A DNA stretch of 28,003 bases from Chiloscyllium plagiosum (taxonomy: Eukaryota): positions 15,494,537 to 15,522,539 of the forward strand of contig NC_057750.1 in the NCBI RefSeq assembly GCF_004010195.1, read 5' to 3'. The position numbers and the translations under genes are program-made. Of the stretch, positions 20,340 to 28,003 are shown piece by piece (the first letter of the stretch is position 1; each line of letters starts with the position of its first letter). The notes under the pieces are model-generated. The model was not told the origin of the DNA. It searched no databases and worked only from the letters and a program-made list of their open reading frames with translations.

Positions 20340-21270
20340 TGCCATGATGAGCAAGTCAGTGTCGCGACAGACTGAGGATGTCCCGCGACATCATCACAGA
20401 ACTATGCCAACTGCTGATGCGGAACCTGCCATCTGGTGGGTTGGCTGGCCAGCAAGATGACATCTGTTTTGAATATGACAGGCTGCTTTCAGAGATCCAA
20501 TGTGTGAGATTTCAAAACCCTCAACCCACAAATGTATCAAGGCTATTACCGATGTTATTTCTGCCAGATCACGGTGCTTCATCTCATTTTCCCATAATTA
20601 GGTCTGTACTACAACCCAGGCAGCAGCTTTGCCAACATAACTGGCTTCCACTAGATGCAGAGCGTTCTAGCCTGGACTCACATTACATTGAGAGCACCAT
20701 ACCCCTAACACAGCTGCCTTCATCAACAGGAAAGGCTTTTATTCCATCAGTGAACAAATTATTTGTGATTGTCAGTCCCATAACCTCGAAGTCTGCACCA
20801 GGGACCCTGGGAGCTGCCATAATGACTCTATACTTTTAAGAATTCCCAGGTTCCTGCTTCATTTCAAGGGTCAGATGCCTTACAAGATGGTTTATTGGGA
20901 GGTAAAGACCCCTATCTGAAACCTTGGCTGATAACTCCATGATACTGAGTGTAGATCAATACAACCCATTCTCCAACCTGGTCCATGGTGGCGTAGACAA
21001 TGAACTTCCTTCAGATGAGGCTCCAAGACTTGGATTGTTGTGAGGGGGCCTTGCAGCACAGTCCAGACAGAGTGTGCCACATAACTCAAGCCTCCTCTGC
21101 CCTATATAGCTGGGTCAGGTAGAGGGGATGAATGGTCACCAAAGAGCTGGAAGAGTGGCAAGGAGGAAGACGATATTGAGCAGGAGGAATACCACCTTCA
21201 ACATGATGGAGCAGTACAGAATCAGGAACAACAATCCTGACAGAATCTAACTGACACTTGCTTCCAATAG
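20340..21270 (+). mobile_element. Decayed PIF/Harbinger (HARBI1-like) DDE transposase
   Basis: CRDRLRMSRDIITELCQLL; CEISKPSTHKCIKAITD; FINRKGFYSISEQIICD; PGSCHNDSIL; LLGGKDPYLKPWLITP; GALQHSPDRVCHI; acidic tail; QNLTDTCFQ*. Multiple frameshifts. Confidence 0.9.
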
Positions 21271-21271
21271 A

Positions 21272-21344
21272 ACCAAAACAGCTCCAGTTAGGAGAGCCTT
21301 AGACTGAAAATCTTAAATCCCCAGTTCAATCCCAGGTTTCGGGA
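21272..21344 (+). tRNA. tRNA-Phe(GAA) pseudogene
   Basis: accaaaacagctccagttaggagagccttagactGAAaatcttaaatccccagttcaatcccaggtttcggga aligns end to end with the vertebrate tRNA-Phe sequence as I recall it (GCCGAAATAGCTCAGTTGGGAGAGCGTTAGACTGAAGATC...GGTTTCGGCA). Stems are disrupted; anticodon at 21306-21308. Confidence 0.85.
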
Positions 21345-21361
21345 GTGCGTCCATTCTGTTT

Positions 21362-21680
21362 GGGAGGTGCTAGCCTTGTGATATTATCACTCGGCTATTA
21401 ATCCAGAGACCCAGATAATGTACTGGGGGACCCAGAATTGAATCCTGTCATGACAAATGGAACTTAAATACAATAAAAATCTAGAATTAAAAGTCTAATG
21501 ATAACTGTCAGTTGTCAGGAAAAAAACCTCTCCAGTTCACTAATGTCCTTTAGGGAAGGAAACTGCCATTCTTACCTGGTCTGTCCTACATGTGACTCCA
21601 GATCCACAGAAACATAGCTAACTCTTAATTGACCACTTAGGGATAGGCAATAAATGCTGGTATAACTAGCAATGCCCATA
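21362..21680 (+). mobile_element. Decayed SINE, near full length
   Basis: tRNA-like head (ttgaatcc B-box remnant) and a body/tail shared with 19495-19695. Confidence 0.75.
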
Positions 21681-22229
21681 TATACTAGGAGCCGGAGACA
21701 ATAATCATTCATTGACTCAAATTTGTTGATGCTCCAAAGGCGAGCAGCCCCTTTCTATTCCCAAAAGCAACTGCAGATTACTTTGTTTTTTTCTCTTCAC
21801 TTTTACTGTTGTTGAATAAAAGTTAACATTTTCGACTTTTGAATGCCCCCCCAATAGTCAGAGGGAAATTGAGGAGCAAATTTGTAGAAAAATCACAGAT
21901 AGCTGTAAGAATAATAGGGGAGGGGATTTTAACTTTCCAGACATAGACTGGGACGACTGTAATGTTAAGGGCTTGTATGGAGAGGAATTTAAGTGTGTAC
22001 AGGAAACATTTCTCAATTAAAATGTCGATAACCCTATGACAGAAGGGGCAAAACTCAACCTCCTCTGGGGAAATAAGATAGGGCAAGTGACTGAGGTGTT
22101 AGTAGAGGAGCACTTTAGTACCAGTGACCATAATTCTATTAGTTTTAAAATAGTTATGGAAAAGGACAGGTCTGGTCCACAAGTTAAAGTTCTACATTGG
22201 GCGAAGGTCAATTCTGACGGTGTTAGACA

Positions 22230-22968
22230 GTGGCGCCACAGACCTGGATTCGAGTCCCACCTCGGGCAACTGTCTGTGTGGAGTTTGCACATTCTCCCCG
22301 TGTCTGCGTGGGTTTCCTCTGGGTGCTCCAGTTTCCTCCCACAATCCAAAAGGTTCAGAAAAGGTTTACAAGGATGTTGCCAGGGTTAGAGGATTTGAGC
22401 TTCAGAGAGAGGCTGAACAGGCTGGGGCTGTTTTCCCTGGAGCGTCGGAGGTTGATGGGTCACCTTATAGAGGTTTACAAAATTATGAGGGGCATGGATA
22501 GGGTAAATAGACAAAGTCTTTTCCCTGGGGTGGGGGAGTCCAGAACTAGAGGGCATAGGTTTAGGGTGAGAGGGGAAAGATATAAAAGAGACCTAAGGGG
22601 CAACTTTTTCAAATAGAGGGTCATATGTGTATGGAATGAGCTGCCAGAGGAAGTGGTGGAGGCTGGTACAATTGCAACATTTAAGAGGCACTGGTATGGG
22701 TATATGAGTAGGAAGGGTTTGGAAGATTGGGTTGGATATCTGGATGGGTTGGACCGAAGGGTCTGTTTCCATGCTGTACGTCTCTATGACTATTACTCTG
22801 TGTGCAGGTAAGGTGAATTGGCCATGCTAAATTGCCCATAGTGTTAGGTGCATTAGTCAGGGGTAAATATAGGGTTGGGGAACGGTTCTGGGTGGGTTAC
22901 TCTTTGGGGGTTGGTGTGGACTTGTTTGGCCGAAGGGCCTGTTTCCATACCATAGGGAATGTAATCAA
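22230..22968 (+). mobile_element. V-domain SINE split by a CR1 3' end (SINE halves 22230-22349 and 22800-22968)
   Basis: B box GGATTCGAGTCC and V core up to cccacaatccaaa; resumes gtgtgcagg..gaattggccatgctaaattgccc. Confidence 0.88.
22350..22799 (+). mobile_element. CR1 3' end nested inside the SINE
   Basis: KVQKRFTRMLPGLEDLSFRERLNRLGLFSLERRRL..RTRGH; tail ctctatgactattactct. Confidence 0.92.
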
Positions 22969-24529
22969 ATTTTCAAAAGTTGATTGGGGGAGGTTGTTCA
23001 CAGGTAATGGAATGTCTGGCAAATGGGTGTCTTTCAAAAGCGAGATAACGAGAGTTCAGGGCTAACATGTTCCTGTTAGAATGAAGGGCAAGGCTGGCAG
23101 AAGTAGGGAACACTGGATATTGAGGCTCAGGTCAAGAAAAAAGAGGCAAATGTCAGGTAAAGGCAGCTGGAATCAAGCAAATCCCCTGAGGATTATAGGG
23201 GTGCCTGAATACACCTAAGAGGGAAATCAGGAGGGCAAAAAGGGGAAATGAGATAAGGTAAAGGAGAATCCAAAGAGATTCTGCAAGTATATTCAGGGCA
23301 AAAGAGTAACTCTGGAGAGAATAGGGCCCTTAGAGATCAACAAAGTCATCTATGACTGGAACCACAGGAGATGGGAAATATATTAATATTTTGCATCAGT
23401 ATTTACTGTCAAGAAAGGCATGGAAGCTAGGGAAGAGATTGCAGGGCCCCTAGCAGAGATACTTGTATCATTGATAGCCACAGGTGAGATGCTGAAAGAC
23501 TGGAGGGTGGCTAATATTGTGTCATTATTTAAGAAAGGCGGTAAGGAAAAGCCAGGGAACTTGGACCGGTGAGCCTAACTTCAGTAGCGGGTGAGTTTTT
23601 GGAGGGGTTTCTGTGAGAAAGAATCTGCATGCATTTGGAAAAGCAAGGGATAGTCAGCATGGCTTTGTGCGTGGAAAATTGTACCTCACAAATTTGATTG
23701 AGTTTTTTTGAAGTGGTGGCCAAGAAGACAGATGAGGGCAGTGCAGTCAATCTCTACATGGACTTTAGCAAGGCCTTTGACAACATACCACTTGGTCGGC
23801 TGGTTAGTAAGGTTAGATCACTTGGGATCTGAGGAGAGCTAGCCAACTGGATATACAATTGGCTTGATGGTAGGAGATGGTGGTAGAGAGTTGTGGAAAG
23901 ACTGGAGGCCTGTGGCCAGTGGTGTGCCGCAATGGTCTTGCTGGGTCTACTGTTGTTTGGCATATATATAAATCATTTGGGTGAGTATATAGGAGACCTG
24001 ATTAGTAAATTCACGGACGACACCAAACTTGGTGGTACAATGGACAGATAAGAAGGTTATCTAAGAGAACACGGAGATCTTGATCAACTGGGCTGGTGGA
24101 GTTTAATGCAGCTAAATGTGTCATATTGCATTCTGCTAAGACAAGCCTGTGCAGCACTTACGCAGTTAATGATAGAGCCCTGGGAGTTTTGTTAAACAGA
24201 GAGACCTAGGGAAGTACATGATTCCTTGAAAATTGGATCACAGCTAGACGGGGTGTTGAAAAAGGCTTTTGACATACTTGGCTTCATCAGTCAGAGCACT
24301 GAGTACAGGAGTTGGGGCAAAATGTTACAGCTGTACAAGACATGGTAAGGTCACACTTGGAGCACTCCATACAATTCTGATTGCCCTGTTTTCAGGAGAA
24401 TGTTATTAAACTGGAAGAGGTGCAAAATAGGATTTACCAGGATGTTACTGAGGCTGGAAAGTTTTGGTTATTAAGGTGAGTCCAGATAGGCTGAGACTTT
24501 GTTCCATGCAGCATCGAAGACTTAGGGAT

Positions 24530-26846
24530 GAACATAAGAACACAAGAACTAGGAGCAGGAGTAGGCCGTCTGGCTCATCGATCCTGCTCCACCATTCAAT
24601 AAGATCATGGCGGATCTTTTCATAACCTCAGCTCCACTTACCCACCCTCTCACTCTAACCCTTAATTCCTTCATTGTTCAAAAAATGTCTATCTTGGCTT
24701 TAAAAACATTTACTGAGGTGGTGTCAGCTACTTCATTGGGCAGGGAATTCCATAGATTCACAACCCTTTGGGTGAAGAAGTTCCTTCTCAATTCAGTCCT
24801 AAATCTGCTCCCCTTAATTATGAGATTATGCCCTCTTGTCCTAGTTTCACCTGCCAGTGGAAACATCCTCTCTACTTCTATCTTATCTAATCCCTTCATA
24901 ATTTTATATGTTTTTACAAGATCCCTCCCCCCCCACCTCCAATTCTTCTAAATTCCAATGAATATAATCCCAGTTTACTCAGTTTTTCCTCATAAACTAA
25001 TCCCCTCAACTCTGGAACCAACCTAGTGAACCTCCTCTGCACACCCTCCAGTGCCAGTACATCCTTTCTCAAGTGAGGAGACCAAAACTGTGCACGGTAC
25101 TCCAAGCATGGCCTCACTAGCACCCTATACAGCTGCAACATAATCTCCCTGCTTTTAAACTCAATCACTTTGAGGATCTAAAATCTGGAATTAGATTGTT
25201 GTCAGGTGTAACCATTTATGCATGCTTTTATTAACAACAAAATGGCTTTTTAATGCAAAGTAACATAACAAAATGGCTTCAGGCTGCAAATTAACACTAT
25301 GTTTAAAATGACTTCTCACCCTGCTCAAGACTGCATTCCTGCCTTGCTGAGCTAATTGAATCAAAAGATAAAGCAGACAATGGAGCCTTCACAATATGGA
25401 ATTAACTAAGTTAGATAGGACATTACTAACCATCCCAGCTAACCTTCAAATGCAGGTGGGAAGAGATAATGTGTAGTAAACAACTTTTTTCCCAGGAAAT
25501 ATCATTGGGATAACCTGCTGTCCATTATGTCATTTTATTACACTTTAATTAAGGCTGTACTATTTCTTAAGAAACATATGAAAATTGTGTTTGTCCCACT
25601 TGAAAGCTTTTAACTTCTGTGTTGCTGGACAAACTTGTGCCCGGCGTCATAATAAACAATGAAATCTTGCTGAAGCAGACCACATTCCTGTTGATTATTT
25701 GACTGATCATGGAACTGAGAGACCCCTTCCCGGGGTTGAGATCTTCACCTTTAGTGATGAAGGACAAAATTCCATTTGCCTTCCTAATTACCTGTTGTGC
25801 CTGCATGTGATTCATGCACAAGGACACCCAGGTCCCTCTGCATAGCAGCATGCTGGAACTTTTTACCATTCAAGTAATAGTCATTTTTACTGTTACTCCA
25901 CTTGGATGACTTCACTTTTATTAATATTGTATTCCATCTGCCAGACCTTTGTCCACTCACTTAAGTATCTATGTTACTCTGCACAATTTTGCTTCACCAC
26001 CCATCTTGGTTCATCTGCAAACTTTGACACAATTTACATGGTCCCCAACTCCAAATCATCTACATAAATTGTGAATAATTGCAGTCCCAACACTGATCAC
26101 TGAGGCACACCAAGGGCTACTGATTGCTAACCAGAATAGCACTCAGTTATCCTCATTCTTTGCTTCCTGTTAGTCAACCAATCCTCTATCCATGCTAATA
26201 CTTTACCTGTAATGCCACGCATCTTTATCTTATGCAGCAGCCTCTTGTGCAGCACATTGTCAAAAGCCTTTTGGAAATCAAGTACACCACATCTACTAGG
26301 TCCCTGTTGTCCACCATGCTCGTAATGTCTTCATACAATTTCAAAAGATGAATTAAGGATGACCTGCCCTTTATGAACCCATGCTGCATCTGCCCAACAG
26401 GACAATTTCTATGCAGATGCCTTGCTATTTCCTCCTTGATAATAGAGTCAAGCATCTTTGCCACTACAAAAGTTAAGCTAACCAGTCTATAATTCTCCAT
26501 CTTTTGTTCACTGCCCTTTTTAAACAGAGACGTCACATTTGCTGTTTTCTAATCTGCTGGAACTGCCTCAGAGTCCAGCAAATCATGGAAAATTACCACA
26601 AGTACACTTGCTATATCTCCCACCACCTCTTTTAATACCCTGTGATGCATTCCATCAGTCCAGGAGACTTGTCTATGCTTAGCTCTATTAGCTTGCCCAA
26701 CACTAACCCTTCCCTCATAATGATTTTTTCCAGGTCCTCACCTGCCTTCGTCTCTTTGTCAATTATGGCATGTTATTAATGTCCTCCACTGTGAAGACAG
26801 ATGCAAAATATCTGTTCAATGCCTCGGCCATTTCATCACATCCCAT
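24530..26846 (-). mobile_element. CR1 LINE (RT to 3' tail), interrupted by a solo LTR
   Basis: ENYRLVSLT, QHGFIKGRS, LVRPCLEYRAQFWSP and FFTQRVVNLWNSLP; tail gaacataagaacacaagaac. Confidence 0.92.
25171..25747 (+). mobile_element. Solo LTR, 577 bp
   Basis: TGAGGATCT...AGATCTTCA inverted termini (8/9 match), 4-bp TSD ACTT/CCTT, AATAAA at 25651-25656. The host CR1 rejoins across it. Confidence 0.85.
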
Positions 26847-26847
26847 A

Positions 26848-28003
26848 CTGAAAGGGCACAGCAGACATGTGGAGACTACTTAAGGAGCAGTTGTTGCGAG
26901 TGATGCACAAATTTGTTCCTCTGAGGCAGGTAAGAAGATTAAGGAACCTTGGATGACGAGAACAGAGGAACTTCTCGTCAACAGGAAGAAGGCAGCTTAC
27001 GTAAGGTGGAAGAAGCAAGATTGCTGAAGAAGGGCTTATGCCCGAAACGTCGATTCTCCTGCTCCTTTGATGCTGCCTGAACTGCTGCGCTTTTCCAGCA
27101 ACACATTTTGAAGCAAGGATCTAACAAAGCTTTAGAAGATTACAGGCTTGCTAGAAAGGAGCTCAGAAATGGACTGAGGAGAGCCAGGAGGGGCTACGAA
27201 AAAGGCTTGGCAAGAAGGATTAGGGAGAACCCAAAGGCATTTTACTTATAAGTGAGGAATAAGCGAATGATCAGGAAAAAGGTAGGGCCGATCAGGGATA
27301 GCGGAGGGAACTTGTGCGTGGAGTCTGAGCAGATAGGGGAAGGCCTAAATGAGTTTTTTGCTTCGGTTTTCACCAAGGAAAGGGACCTTGTTATAAATGA
27401 AAACTTAGAGGAGCTTGGAAACAGGCTTGACCAGATCAAGATTGATGAAGTTGATGTGCTAGAAATTTTGGAAAACATTAAGATCGATAAGTCTCCAGAG
27501 CGAGACCAGATTTATCCTAGGCTGCTCCGGGAAGCGAGAAAGGAGGTTGCGAAGCTGCTGGCGAGGATCTTTGCCTCCTCACTCTCCCCGGGAGTCATAC
27601 CGGAGGATTGGAAGGAGGCGAATGTTGTTCCTCTTTTCAAGAAGGGTAACAGGGAAATCGTTGGCAATTACAGACCAGTCAGTCTGTGGTCAGCAAAGCT
27701 TTGGAAAAAATTCTGAGGGATAGGATTATGACTATTTGGCATAGCATAGTGTGATTAAAGGCACTCAGCATGGCTTTGTGAGGCGCAGGTCATGCCTCAC
27801 AAATTTTATTGAATTCTTTGAGGAGGTGTCATGACAGGTCGACGAAGGTCGAGCAGTGGATGTGGTGTATATGGATTTCAGCAAGGAATTTGATAGGGTT
27901 CCCCATGGTAGGCTCATTCATAAAGTCAGGAAGTATGGGATACAGGGAGATTTGGCTATCTGGATTCAGAATTGGCTGGCTGACAGAAGGCAGAGAGTGG
28001 TTG
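26848..28003 (+). mobile_element. Comparatively young CR1 ORF2 fragment running off the window end
   Basis: IRENPKAF, FFASVFTKE, DKSPERDQIYPRLL, DWKEANVVPLFKKG..NYRPVSL and YMDFSKEFD; many CpGs retained. Confidence 0.93.
27020..27109 (+). mobile_element. 90-bp PLE-derived insertion with 8-bp TSD, carrying a hammerhead motif at 27024-27051
   Basis: GAAGCAAG at 27012-27019 and 27110-27117. CTGAAGA-A-GGGC-ttat-GCCC-GAAAC-GTC; near-identical to 5968-6057. Confidence 0.9.

Larger units (their letters stand above)
21840..24530 (+). mobile_element. Long decayed CR1 LINE (endonuclease C-terminus through RT) with nested inserts at 22230-22968
   Basis: PPNSQREIEEQIC, GDFNFPDIDW, SDHNSISF, DWRVANIV.LFKKG, YMDFSKAFD and ISKFTDDTKLGG. 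Confidence 0.92.

Noticed and set aside
20378..20839. 153-aa ORF as an intact HARBI1 gene
   Set aside because: Only the first ~20 residues are in the transposase frame; the rest is out of frame.

Overview
This is eukaryotic, repeat-dominated DNA with no intact protein-coding gene that I can support. The repeat mix (CR1-type LINEs, V-domain tRNA-SINEs, Penelope-derived short elements) looks like a cartilaginous fish (shark); that assignment is an inference. The window contains: many decayed and nested CR1 LINE fragments; an L2 3' end; a Rex1/Babar LINE cut by a 500-N assembly gap; a ~2.4 kb diverged 10-bp satellite; solo LTRs; a decayed Harbinger (HARBI1-like) transposase; a tRNA-Phe pseudogene; and several SINEs. 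Two things stand out. (1) A fragmented endogenous retrovirus at ~13.4-18.8 kb (RNase H, integrase, env), split by later insertions. Its env remnant looks foamy/lokiretrovirus-like rather than gamma-type. (2) At least three families of Penelope-like (PLE) termini with minimal hammerhead-ribozyme motifs. They are repeatedly inserted as inverted pairs with 8-14 bp target duplications, sometimes with non-PLE DNA between the arms. Family assignments come from hand translation and motif recognition, not database searches, and most element boundaries are approximate.
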